A stretch of DNA of 57,760 nt, from contig JANOEP010000025.1 in NCBI GenBank assembly GCA_031441465.1, positions 1 to 57,760 of the forward strand, written 5' to 3'. This DNA is from a bacterium. GTDB lineage: Bacteria; Krumholzibacteriota; Krumholzibacteriia; LZORAL124-64-63. Every line of letters starts with the position of its first letter. Position 1 is the stretch's first letter. The translations under genes were made by a program, and so were the position numbers. The notes under the pieces are model-generated. The model had not been told where the DNA came from and did not search any database. It saw nothing but the letters and a program-made list of their open reading frames with translations. Of this stretch, positions 1 to 8,802 are shown one piece after another.

Positions 1-139
1 GGACCTTGTGGCAAAGATCGAGAGCTACGTCGCGACGTACAACCGCGAGACCAAGCCGTTCGCCTGGACCGCAACCGCCGATTCGATCCTGGCCAAGATC
101 GAACGGTTATGTATAGCTATTGCCGGGACAGGACACTAG
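1..139 (+). mobile_element. Right end of an IS630-family insertion sequence (C-terminus of transposase, window-truncated)
   Basis: Frame from nt 2 reads DLVAKIESYVATYNRETKPFAWTATADSILAKIERLCIAIAGTGH*. The YN..KPF.WT.TADSIL.K...C....GTGH* tail is typical of IS630 transposases. The stop TAG (137-139) contains the TA that IS630 elements target. Confidence 0.85.
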
Positions 140-186
140 GCCGGAGTACCACCGGGGACTGTTCCGTGTTAGCTTGAGGTACGGCT

Positions 187-203
187 TTGGCACGCGATCT
201 GCA
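187..203 (+). promoter_or_regulatory. Putative sigma54 (-24/-12) promoter
   Basis: TTGGCACGCGATCTGCA, with GG at 189-190 and GC at 201-202 separated by exactly 10 nt, about 70 nt upstream of the GTG at 273. Confidence 0.6.
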
Positions 204-272
204 CCGGCAACCGGCGAATCGGGAACAACCCCAAAGCCGGCGCGTCGCCAGGGCCACCGGAAAGGAATCCCC

Positions 273-1235
273 GTGCCCGGTCAACGTCTGCGTATGCTGT
301 TGCTGGCCCTGTCGCTCCCGCTGCTGGGGATCGTCGGCTGTGGCGGCGGCGGGAATGACGGGCCAGGGCCGGACCCCGATCCCGACCCGGACGGGCCCCT
401 GGTGGCCGGCCGGGTCTTGCTGACCCCGTCCGCATCGCGGCTCTACGACTCCCCGCCGGACTGGACACCGGACGATCGCCTGCTCGTCTTCACCGGCCCA
501 CCCGGCGGCAACGTGTGGCGCCTGGAGGCCGGGGGCGGCGCACCCGTGGCCTTGACCGACACGTTGAGCACCTCCTGGACCGCGGGCGCCTACGCGCCGG
601 GGTGCCTGGCCGAGGGCCGTGTCGCCTTCTATCAGGGCTGGCTGACCGGCGACAGGACCATGCACATCATGACGGTCGACACCGCGGCGGTGGCCGGCGT
701 TCCGGCGCCCGTGGTGCTGCGGCGCTTCACCGGCTCCGCGGTGGGCCTGGCCGAGAACCAGGCCTCGTCGCCCCAGACGCTCACCTACTCGCGCTACGGG
801 CGCCGCGCCGCCGGGCTGTGGCGCGCCCCCTGGCTGATGGAGTGGCGCGACGAGGACCGGACCGAATCGGTCGTGAGCCGCAGCCCCGTCTTCCTGCGCG
901 GAGCCACGGATGTCCGCATCTCGCGTGACGGCTTGCGCGTGGCGTTCGTCGACGCCGACAAGCAGGTGTCGTGGATGGAGTTCGAAAGCGATGCCGTCAC
1001 GGTCGTCGGCGCCGGCGTGGCGCCGAGTTGGCGCGGCGACGGCGCCGCCATCGGCTACCTCGACCACGACGGCGACTACGTCGTGTTCGATCTGGAGAGC
1101 GGCCGGGCGACGGTCTACGAAGCCACGTCGCTGCGGCTCAGCCAGCCCGTCCTCTCCTGGGCGGGCGACCGCATCGCCTACCTGATCCACGCCGACGACA
1201 AGGTCGGGCTCGCCGTCGGCACGCTGCTCCCTTGA
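273..1235 (+). CDS. TolB-like (PD40 beta-propeller) lipoprotein
   Basis: AAAGGA RBS at 261-266 and GTG start. Lipobox LLGIVG-C, then a G/PD linker. PD40-like repeats: PDWTPDDRLLVF, ISRDGLRVAF, PSWRGDGAAIGY, LSWAGDRIAY. Confidence 0.75.
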   Translation: MPGQRLRMLLLALSLPLLGIVGCGGGGNDGPGPDPDPDPDGPLVAGRVLLTPSASRLYDSPPDWTPDDRLLVFTGPPGGNVWRLEAGGGAPVALTDTLSTSWTAGAYAPGCLAEGRVAFYQGWLTGDRTMHIMTVDTAAVAGVPAPVVLRRFTGSAVGLAENQASSPQTLTYSRYGRRAAGLWRAPWLMEWRDEDRTESVVSRSPVFLRGATDVRISRDGLRVAFVDADKQVSWMEFESDAVTVVGAGVAPSWRGDGAAIGYLDHDGDYVVFDLESGRATVYEATSLRLSQPVLSWAGDRIAYLIHADDKVGLAVGTLLP

Positions 1236-1241
1236 AAGCGC

Positions 1242-1278
1242 AGCGCCCGGAGCCGCGGCTTGGCCGGCTCCGGGCGCT
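1242..1278. terminator. Hairpin between convergent genes (probable bidirectional terminator)
   Basis: 14-bp perfect inverted repeat AGCGCCCGGAGCCG / CGGCTCCGGGCGCT with a 9-nt loop, between the stops at 1235 and 1298. Confidence 0.6.
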
Positions 1279-1297
1279 CCCTTCAGCTTCCCGCACC

Positions 1298-3166
1298 TCA
1301 GCGCTGCAGCAGCCCCACCGATACCTTCGGGTTCATCAGCAGGTAGTCTCCCTTCGCATCCGCGCCGCGCCCGATCAGATCGGCGACCTCTGTGGGTGTC
1401 AGCTTCTGGTCGAGGGCCAGCAGCTTGGCGGCCAGGTTGCAGGCCTGAGGCGCCGCCATCGAGGTGCCGGACATGCGCATACGCCGGCCGCCGGGCACGT
1501 AGCTCGGCACTTCGAAGCCGTTCGCGTAGACCCGGACGTTCTTGCCGGAGCTGGTGAAGCTCGTGGGCTCGCCGGCCTGGTCGACCGCGCCGACGACCAG
1601 CAGGTTGGGCAGCGTGAATGAGGCCGGGATGTTGATGTCGAAGGCCACGTCGTTGTCGTCGTTGCCCGCGGCGCAGACGAACAGGATCCCCGGCGAGCCG
1701 GTGATCGCCTCCCGCAGCCCCTGCTCGAGGATGCCCAGCAGCTTGGCCGCCTCACGCGAGCGCTCCTCGACCGAAGCCCCCCAGCCGTTGGCCTCGAGGA
1801 TGCCCTCGATCTCCTTCAGACCCCAGCCCCAGCTCATGTTGACGACACGCACGCCGCGGGCCCGGAAGTAGGCCGCCGTGCGGCCGTAGGACGCGGCGTG
1901 GCGCCGGGCCATCTCCTCGGTCAACAGCCGCGGCACCGTGTGCCAGTCGAACGAGATGCGCGCCGCGAGCAGGCGGGCGTACGGGTTGCCGCGCACGGCG
2001 ATGCCGGCGACGTGCGTCCCGTGGGCGTAGAGACCGCACAGGCTCAGGTCTTCGAGCAGGCCCTGCACCTGCGACGGTTCCAGCCCGGCGAGAAGGGCCT
2101 TCAGCGCCGAGGCCTCGACCGAGTCGAGCCCCGACTGGACGTCCATGAAGCCCTTCATGTGGTCCATGGCGGTGCCGATGCGCGGGGCCTCGGCGCCGAG
2201 CGGGAAGAGCAGCTCGACGCTGTCGCGGCCGTCGTAGTCGAAGGCGATGCCGTGGATGTCGTCGACGTAGCCGTTGCTGTCGTTGTCGATCCCGTCGGGC
2301 TTCTCGCCGGGATTCACCGTGAAGTCGTCCGCGAACACCGAGACGTCCACGCCGGAGTCCCAGATCGCGACCGTCACCGGCGCCAGGCCCAGGCCGTCCT
2401 CGAGCCTGGCCTCGCGCTCGTCCCAGATGTCCTGCTTGACCGTCTCGCGGGCGGCGATGAAGTCGCCGTAGACCTCCAGCAGCGAATCCTTCAGGGGCAG
2501 CGCGTAGCGCAGGGCGTAGCCCAGGTTGACCACCTGGCCGGCGAGGTCGGAGCTCAGGGCGCCCGAGGCGGCGACCACGGGATCGAGCTGGGCCTGGACC
2601 ATGCCCAGCACGAGGTTCTCGCTGAGGATCTCGGCGCGGCCCTTCTGCTGGACGATGCGGTCGCGGACGAGGTCCCAGGGCAGCGCCGCGACCTGCTCGC
2701 GCAGCCGGCTGCGGAACGCCGCGTTGTAGGCGGCGCCGGTGTCGTCGCCGGCGTCGCGGCGGGCGCGGACCATCGCCACGGCCGTGAGGCCTGAGGTGAG
2801 CCGGGAGGCCTCCTTGTCCTCGATGGCGCGGATTTTCTCGACCAGGGCGAGGGCGCGCTCGTCCTCGCGCTTCATCAACGCCAGCGTCAGCTGGACGCCG
2901 TACATGCGCTGCAGCGTGGCCGGGTCGGTGATGTCGTAGGCCTCGAGATCGGCGGCGACGTCCGCGCCCACCTGCGCGACGAACGCGTCGAACTCGGCGT
3001 CGGAGCGCAGCAACTCGGACACGGTGCCCGTCACCGCATAGGTGTGACGCGGCAGGTCGTCGAGGGTCTTGACCGGGAGCTTCGCGGCGGCGGCGACGGC
3101 CGCGGCCAAGGTCACGGCCAGGATCGGGACCCAAGCCGCAGCGGGGCGGCGCAGCAACATCGGCAT
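1298..3166 (-). CDS. Secreted S8 (subtilisin-like) serine peptidase with a helical N-terminal extension
   Basis: Catalytic triad motifs IWDSGVD, HGTHVAG and SGTSMAAP, oxyanion AAGND, signal peptide. GGAGG RBS before the ATG at 3166. The ORF-track start at 3973 is over-extended. Confidence 0.9.
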   Translation of the reverse strand: MPMLLRRPAAAWVPILAVTLAAAVAAAAKLPVKTLDDLPRHTYAVTGTVSELLRSDAEFDAFVAQVGADVAADLEAYDITDPATLQRMYGVQLTLALMKREDERALALVEKIRAIEDKEASRLTSGLTAVAMVRARRDAGDDTGAAYNAAFRSRLREQVAALPWDLVRDRIVQQKGRAEILSENLVLGMVQAQLDPVVAASGALSSDLAGQVVNLGYALRYALPLKDSLLEVYGDFIAARETVKQDIWDEREARLEDGLGLAPVTVAIWDSGVDVSVFADDFTVNPGEKPDGIDNDSNGYVDDIHGIAFDYDGRDSVELLFPLGAEAPRIGTAMDHMKGFMDVQSGLDSVEASALKALLAGLEPSQVQGLLEDLSLCGLYAHGTHVAGIAVRGNPYARLLAARISFDWHTVPRLLTEEMARRHAASYGRTAAYFRARGVRVVNMSWGWGLKEIEGILEANGWGASVEERSREAAKLLGILEQGLREAITGSPGILFVCAAGNDDNDVAFDINIPASFTLPNLLVVGAVDQAGEPTSFTSSGKNVRVYANGFEVPSYVPGGRRMRMSGTSMAAPQACNLAAKLLALDQKLTPTEVADLIGRGADAKGDYLLMNPKVSVGLLQR

Positions 3167-3216
3167 GACGGTCTTCCTCCTCAGGGACGGGTCGCAGCCG
3201 GCCACATCCCGGTTCG

Positions 3217-3242
3217 GACGCGGCGACAGTCGGCAGGTTGCA
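3217..3242 (-). promoter_or_regulatory. Putative ECF-sigma promoter for the S8 peptidase
   Basis: Minus strand TGCAAC-N16-CGTC about 50 nt upstream of the ATG, matching the AAC-N16-CGT ECF pattern. Confidence 0.4.
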
Positions 3243-3419
3243 CGGCGCGGCGCGCAACCCGATCGACCCCGGCCCACTCTACGCGATCGCCGCCCGCGAT
3301 GGAAACGGGGAAGCGGCGCGAATCGGGGCTTGGCGCGGCGGGGGGCGGCGCCCATCATGGGGACCATGACGCCGGCCGGGCTGAGAGCCGGCCGGAGGGT
3401 GCGCGCCGCAGGAGGCCCC

Positions 3420-3998
3420 GTGTCCACCTGGAAAGTGATCCTGATCGCCGTCGGACTGGCCATGGACGCCTTCGCGGTGAGCGTCGGGGCCGGGACGTCC
3501 GGCCGCGCCGTCGGGCGTCGCGCGGCCTTCCGGTTGGCGTTCCATTTCGGCCTGTTCCAGGCGCTGATGCCGATCCTGGGCTGGTGGCTGGGGTCGCGCG
3601 CGGCCGCCGGCCTGGCGCCGGTGGACCACTGGGTCGCCTTCGGGCTGCTGGCCTTCATCGGCGCCAGGATGGTGCGCAACGGGCTCACGCCCGACGGGGC
3701 GCCCCGCGCCGGCGACCCCTCGCGGGGCGCGTCGCTGGTGATGCTGAGCGTGGCCACGAGCATCGACGCGTTCGCCGTCGGGTTGAGCCTGGCCATGCTG
3801 GGGGTGAGGATCTGGGAGCCGGCGGCGGTGATCGGCGTGGTGACGGCCCTGATGACCTGGGTCGGCCACCGCGCGGGCAGCCGTCTGCGCGGCGCTCTGG
3901 GGCGGGGTCCCGCCCTCGGCGAGCGGTTGGAGATCGCCGGCGGGATCCTGCTGATCCTGGTTGGCCTGAACATCCTGGTCGGGCACCTGCGCGCCTGA
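3420..3998 (+). CDS. mntP: Manganese efflux pump MntP family
   Basis: Motifs GLAMDAFAVS, FGLFQALMP, DHWVAFGLL and ATSIDAFAVG. GGAGG RBS at 3411-3415 and GTG start. Confidence 0.9.
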   Translation: MSTWKVILIAVGLAMDAFAVSVGAGTSGRAVGRRAAFRLAFHFGLFQALMPILGWWLGSRAAAGLAPVDHWVAFGLLAFIGARMVRNGLTPDGAPRAGDPSRGASLVMLSVATSIDAFAVGLSLAMLGVRIWEPAAVIGVVTALMTWVGHRAGSRLRGALGRGPALGERLEIAGGILLILVGLNILVGHLRA

Positions 3999-4010
3999 CC
4001 GGTTTGCCCG

Positions 4011-5615
4011 TCAGACCGCCAGCAGCTCCCCGGCGACCTCGTCCGCCAGGGCGGCCGCGGCCAAGGCGTCCTCGTCCACCACGAACTGGTCCAGGTGCGC
4101 CAGGAACAGCGTCACCAGGCGCGGGTCGAAGTGGCTGCCGCTGTCCTTCTTCAGAATTTCCACGCACTTCTCCAGCGGGAAAGCGGGCTTGTAGGCGCGC
4201 TCGTGGCTGAGCGCGTCGAACACGTCCACCAGCCCGACGATGCGCCCGAAGATGTCGATCTCCTCGCCGCGCAGGCCCCGCGGGTAGCCCGTGCCGTCCC
4301 ACTTCTCGTGGTGCTGGAGCGCGACCAGCGCCGCCGTCTGGAAGACTTCCCGGTTCGAGCCCGCCAGGATCTGGTGACCCAGATCGGCGTGGGTCATCAT
4401 GAGGCTCCGCTCATCGTCCGTCAGCCGTCCCGGTTTGTTGAGGATGGCGTCGGGGATCGCGATCTTGCCCACGTCGTGCAGGGGGGCCGCCATCTGCAGC
4501 AGTTGCGCGCGCTCCTCGTCGATCCCCGCGAGGCGGGCCAGGCGGTACGAATGCCGCGCCACGCGCTTGACGTGGTAGGCCGTCTCCTGCGAGCGGCTTT
4601 CGACGACCTCGCCGAGGGTATGGATCATCTCGCGCTGGGTCTCGACGACTTCGAGGTTCAGGTGCAGGTTTTCCAGCGCCACCCGCACGTTTGCCGCATA
4701 GGACTTGATCAGGCCGCGAGTCAGATCCGTCAGGGGCAGGGACGACTCGAGGTAGAGGTGCCCGAAGGCCTCGTTCGCGGCGGTGAAGAGACCCGCATAC
4801 CAGGTGTCGCCGAAAATGTCGGCTTCTCCGGGCCAGCAGCTGCACAGGCGCTCGCTCACGGTGTCGTCGCAGGCGTCGGCCGCGTCCCGGCCTTGCAGTT
4901 CGGCGAACGCGCCCGCGCCCTCCAGGATCACACAGCGATGGCCGTGGCGCACGGTCGAGAGACCCGAGACGCCGCCTTCGTCGCCGCCGCCGGCTTCCAA
5001 GATCTCGGCGAAGTTGCGCAGGGCGCCCCGCCGGAATCCCTCCGGATCGGCGTGCTCGAAGAGCCGCCCCGACAGGCGGCTGATCAGCTCGAAGCCGACC
5101 CGGTGCCGCTCGATCATGCGCATGTCCCGGTAACCGCGCAGGGCGGCCGTGACGGCGGTGAACAGTTTCTGGGACGTCAGCTCGGTCTTGGCCTTGTAGT
5201 CGTTGATGTCGTAGGAGGAGACGACCTCCTGCTCGGGAGCCTGTCCGGGTTGTCCCGTCCGCAGGATGATGCGCACGAAGCTGTTGCCGAGTTCGTGGCG
5301 GATTTTCCGGACGGCCTGCAGCCCCGCGTCGTCGCACTCCATCACCACGTCGAGCAGGACCAGGGCGATGTCCGGGTGCTCGCGCATCCGCTCCACCGTC
5401 TCGCGGCCGGAGTAGGCGCTGACGAACGACAGGCTGCGGCCCTCGAAGATGAAGCCCGAGAGCACCAGGCGCGTGAGGGCGTGCACTTCCTCGTCGTCGT
5501 CGGCGATAAGCAGCTTCCAGCCCGGGGCCGGCGCCGGCGGCGGTCCGCCGGGTTCCTCGGCGGCGAAGATCACCTCGTCGAGATCGAGCGGGATCCCGTC
5601 ATGCTGCGTCGTCAT
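4011..5615 (-). CDS. Response regulator with REC, central DUF3369-like and HD-GYP c-di-GMP phosphodiesterase domains
   Basis: REC motifs LIADDD, LLDVVME and RIILRTGQPGQAPE. HD-GYP motifs LHDVGKIAIPDAILNKPG and HHEKWDGTGYP. Confidence 0.9.
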   Translation of the reverse strand: MTTQHDGIPLDLDEVIFAAEEPGGPPPAPAPGWKLLIADDDEEVHALTRLVLSGFIFEGRSLSFVSAYSGRETVERMREHPDIALVLLDVVMECDDAGLQAVRKIRHELGNSFVRIILRTGQPGQAPEQEVVSSYDINDYKAKTELTSQKLFTAVTAALRGYRDMRMIERHRVGFELISRLSGRLFEHADPEGFRRGALRNFAEILEAGGGDEGGVSGLSTVRHGHRCVILEGAGAFAELQGRDAADACDDTVSERLCSCWPGEADIFGDTWYAGLFTAANEAFGHLYLESSLPLTDLTRGLIKSYAANVRVALENLHLNLEVVETQREMIHTLGEVVESRSQETAYHVKRVARHSYRLARLAGIDEERAQLLQMAAPLHDVGKIAIPDAILNKPGRLTDDERSLMMTHADLGHQILAGSNREVFQTAALVALQHHEKWDGTGYPRGLRGEEIDIFGRIVGLVDVFDALSHERAYKPAFPLEKCVEILKKDSGSHFDPRLVTLFLAHLDQFVVDEDALAAAALADEVAGELLAV

Positions 5616-8505
5616 CGCGGCTCCCGTTCTTCACTGGAAACGTGATCGTGAAGGATGTGCCGCCGCCGGGACTGCTCTCGCAGGTGATCCGACCACCGAG
5701 GGATTGCGTCACTGCGGTGTACGCCACGTGCATGCCCAGGCCGCTGCCGCCCTGGCCGCGCTTCGTGGTGAAGAAGGGCTCGTAGAGCTGGCGCCGGACC
5801 TCGGGGGTCATGCCGACGCCGTCGTCGTGGTAGACGAGGTGTATCTCGTCGCCGACCAGTTCCGCCGCGATCCCGATCGTTCCCCGTTCCACGCCGTCGA
5901 AGCCGTGGATCAGCGAGTTCATGACCAGGTTGGTGACCACGTGCGACAACGCGCCGGGGTAGCTGTCCAGCAGGATGCCCGGAGCGCAATTGATCCCGAT
6001 TTGGTGCTGCGTCTTCTTCAGCACGGGCCGCAGGCTCAGCAGGATCTCATCGAGGTAGCCGCGCAGGTCGAAGCTGCGCCGCGCCTCCCCGGACTGGTCG
6101 ACGGCCACGCCCTTGAAGCCCTGGATGAGCTGTGCGGCCCGATCCAGGTTGCTGCGGATCATCCGCATCGATTCGTCGGCTTCGTCGAGGAAGCCGTCGA
6201 GGTCCGCCTTCTTCATGCTTGATCGGGCATAGAGGCCGCTCAGGGCCGCCAGCCGTTCCTGGAGGTGAGAAGCGGCCGTCAGGCCGATGCCCACCGGCGT
6301 GTTGATCTCGTGGGCCACGCCGGCGACCATGCGGCCGAGCGCCGCCATCTTTTCGCTCTCCAGCAGCTGGTCCTGCTGCTCGTGGATCACGGACAGGTTG
6401 TGCTTGTGCAGGGTGATGTCGTAGCCGATGCCCTCGACCGAGAGCAGGCGGCCCTGGTCGTCACAGATCGGGACTTCAAGAATTTCGAAGATCCGCGCCG
6501 TGCCGTTACGGTGCCGCAGTTCCGCCTCGTAGGACGGCTGCTGCTCCCCGCGCAGGACGGCCTGCGTCCGGGTTTCGGCCTGCTCATTGAGGGGGGAATC
6601 CGTGAAACGCTGCGGCCTCGCCTCCCGGTACTCCTCGGGGGTGTAGCCGAGGACCTGCTCGACCGACGGGCTGATGTAGGCCAGATCGCCGTCGCTTTTC
6701 AACGAGTAGAAGATGCAGCGATCCTTGAGGCTCTCCACGAGCAGCCGGTAGCGTTCCCGGCTCGACGCCAGTTCGCGCGTGCGCTCCTCGACCCGCGTCT
6801 CGAGTTCCGCGTTCAGGCGGCGCACCTGCTCTTCGGCCTCCTTGCGCGAGGAGATGTCGCGGATGAGGGCGCACATGATCTCCTGATCTTCGAACTGCAC
6901 CAGGCTGAGCGAGGATTCGACCGGCACGATGCGGCCGTCGCGCAGCTGGTGTACCGAATCCTTGCAGAGCGACCTGTCGCGCTGCAGCCGCTCCCATAGC
7001 TGGCTGAACGCCGCCGGCGTGTATTCGGGATTGATGTCGACGGCGGTCAGGTCATGGAATTCATCGCTCGAATACCCATAATAGCGGCACGCCGTCGCAC
7101 TCACATCGAGGAAGCGTCCCTCGCGCGTGACCCAGAACACGGGGTCGTTGGCGTTGTCGAGCGTGAACGTCTTGAGGCGCAGATCACGGTCGCGCAGCAC
7201 GCGCTCGGTCACATCCTCGTAGACGGAAACGATCTCGCCGGAAGCGATCCGGTAGACGTAGTTCTCACGCCAGCTGTCGAGCTTGCCGTCGCGGTAGCAG
7301 GTCGGGCCCAGGTGCTCCGGCGTCCCCGTCCGCCGGACTCGGCGCAGGACCTCGAGCAGCCCCATGGCGGTCACGCCGGGGAACACCTCGGCCACGTCGC
7401 GTCCCAGGATTTCCTCCCGGCGGACCCGGTCCGTGCGCTCGCCGGCCTGGTTCATGTCGGCGATGCGGAAACTCTCACCGTCGTTCGACTCGTAAACCGC
7501 CACGCCGGCCCACATGTTGTCGAACAGGCCGCGGTGTCGCGATTCGCTCTGCCGCAGGGCCGCCTCGACCTCGACCCGCCGGGTGATGTCGGTGACGAAG
7601 CCCTCGGCGGCGACCAGCGTGCCGTTCTGGTCGTGGACGCCCAATCCCTGTTCCCAGACCCACTTGACCGCTCCTTGACGGGTGGTGATCCGGTACTCGA
7701 TCTCGTAGGGGCTCCCGTCCCGCAGCGCGGCGTCCATGGCCCGCCAGACCTTCTCGCGGTCCTCGGGATACACGACATCGGCGTGGCGCACCTCGCGGTC
7801 GGCGATCAGTTGGTCGGGGCGCCAGCCGGTCAGCTCGGTGCTGCCGACGCTGATGAACTCCACCGGCCAATCGGGCTCGTTGCGGATGCGGAAGACCATG
7901 CCCGGCAGGCTGGCGATCAGGGTATCGTACTTGCGGCGATGATCGCTCAACGCCTGCTCGTGCTGCAGGCGCAGGGCCACCTGTTCGGCGAGGTGGCAGG
8001 CGAGCGCGATCTCGGCCGGCCGCCAGATCCGCGGCGGGCCGACATGCTCGAAGCACAGCACGCCCATGACTTCCCCCTGCCGCCGCACGGCGACGTCGAG
8101 CATCGAGGTGATGCCCTGGGGCCGCAGGTAGGAGTCGGCAAACTCCCGGGTACGTGGATCGTTCTGCGCGATGTGGGCGTCGATGACGTGTTGGCTGCGG
8201 ATCGCCGCGAAGTAAGCGGGATACTCGCTCGCGCAGACGACGAGGCCATCGCAGGCAAGCGGCCCGCCGGGACTCTGCAGGCTGCAGCAGGTCAGAGAAT
8301 CCGCCTTGAGGTCCAGGCGCCAGTAGCCGGCCTGACTGACGTTCAAGGCCTGGGCGCCCTTGCGGCAGATGGCGTTCAGGGCCCGGCCGAAGTCCATCCC
8401 GTGGATGTCCGGATCTCCGGCCAGCTCCACGATGTGGTGATGGAGCTCCTCCGATCGGTCCGGCGCGATCTCCGGCGGGCACAGCAAATCGAGGTCTCGA
8501 ATCAC
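5599..8505 (-). CDS. Cytoplasmic GAF/multi-PAS sensor histidine kinase
   Basis: GAF (GITSMLDV...GVLCFEH), about four PAS/PAC domains, H-box AGVAHEINTPVG, N-box NLVMNSLIHG, and FFTTKRGQGGSGLG. GGAGG RBS before the GTG at 8505. Overlaps the downstream regulator by 17 nt. Confidence 0.9.
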   Translation of the reverse strand: MIRDLDLLCPPEIAPDRSEELHHHIVELAGDPDIHGMDFGRALNAICRKGAQALNVSQAGYWRLDLKADSLTCCSLQSPGGPLACDGLVVCASEYPAYFAAIRSQHVIDAHIAQNDPRTREFADSYLRPQGITSMLDVAVRRQGEVMGVLCFEHVGPPRIWRPAEIALACHLAEQVALRLQHEQALSDHRRKYDTLIASLPGMVFRIRNEPDWPVEFISVGSTELTGWRPDQLIADREVRHADVVYPEDREKVWRAMDAALRDGSPYEIEYRITTRQGAVKWVWEQGLGVHDQNGTLVAAEGFVTDITRRVEVEAALRQSESRHRGLFDNMWAGVAVYESNDGESFRIADMNQAGERTDRVRREEILGRDVAEVFPGVTAMGLLEVLRRVRRTGTPEHLGPTCYRDGKLDSWRENYVYRIASGEIVSVYEDVTERVLRDRDLRLKTFTLDNANDPVFWVTREGRFLDVSATACRYYGYSSDEFHDLTAVDINPEYTPAAFSQLWERLQRDRSLCKDSVHQLRDGRIVPVESSLSLVQFEDQEIMCALIRDISSRKEAEEQVRRLNAELETRVEERTRELASSRERYRLLVESLKDRCIFYSLKSDGDLAYISPSVEQVLGYTPEEYREARPQRFTDSPLNEQAETRTQAVLRGEQQPSYEAELRHRNGTARIFEILEVPICDDQGRLLSVEGIGYDITLHKHNLSVIHEQQDQLLESEKMAALGRMVAGVAHEINTPVGIGLTAASHLQERLAALSGLYARSSMKKADLDGFLDEADESMRMIRSNLDRAAQLIQGFKGVAVDQSGEARRSFDLRGYLDEILLSLRPVLKKTQHQIGINCAPGILLDSYPGALSHVVTNLVMNSLIHGFDGVERGTIGIAAELVGDEIHLVYHDDGVGMTPEVRRQLYEPFFTTKRGQGGSGLGMHVAYTAVTQSLGGRITCESSPGGGTSFTITFPVKNGSRDDDAA

Positions 8506-8549
8506 GACGGGCGCCTCCCTGGGCTGAAAAGCCAAGTTCCGTCACCCGG

Positions 8550-8576
8550 CCTTCGGCAGGGTGGGCGCCGCCTTGA
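8550..8576 (-). promoter_or_regulatory. Putative sigma28 (FliA/SigD) promoter for the kinase/HD-GYP operon
   Basis: Minus strand TCAA-N15-GCCGAAGG, 45 nt upstream of the GTG at 8505. Confidence 0.6.
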
Positions 8577-8802
8577 GGCGAATCGGCGCGCGGAGCCCGT
8601 CGGCGGGTGACCGGAACGCCGTTATTTATCTTGCGATTCAAGATTGATTCAGTAGAATAGCGCCATCGAATCCAGCTCATGCCGAGCGCCACACCGTGAC
8701 CCGCACCGCGTAAACCGGCACTCGACGCACCGCGCCGCCGGGCACCCGACCGCAGGGATCGTGCCCGTCGGTGAGATCGACCCGAACAGGGGGAATGAAC
8801 CC

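Noticed and set aside
3280..3419. Possible yybP-ykoY (Mn) or TPP riboswitch upstream of mntP (hairpin CCGGCCGG-GCTGAGAG-CCGGCCGG)
   Set aside because: Only a GCTGAGA word and one hairpin. The remaining conserved TPP or yybP-ykoY core nucleotides were not found by eye.
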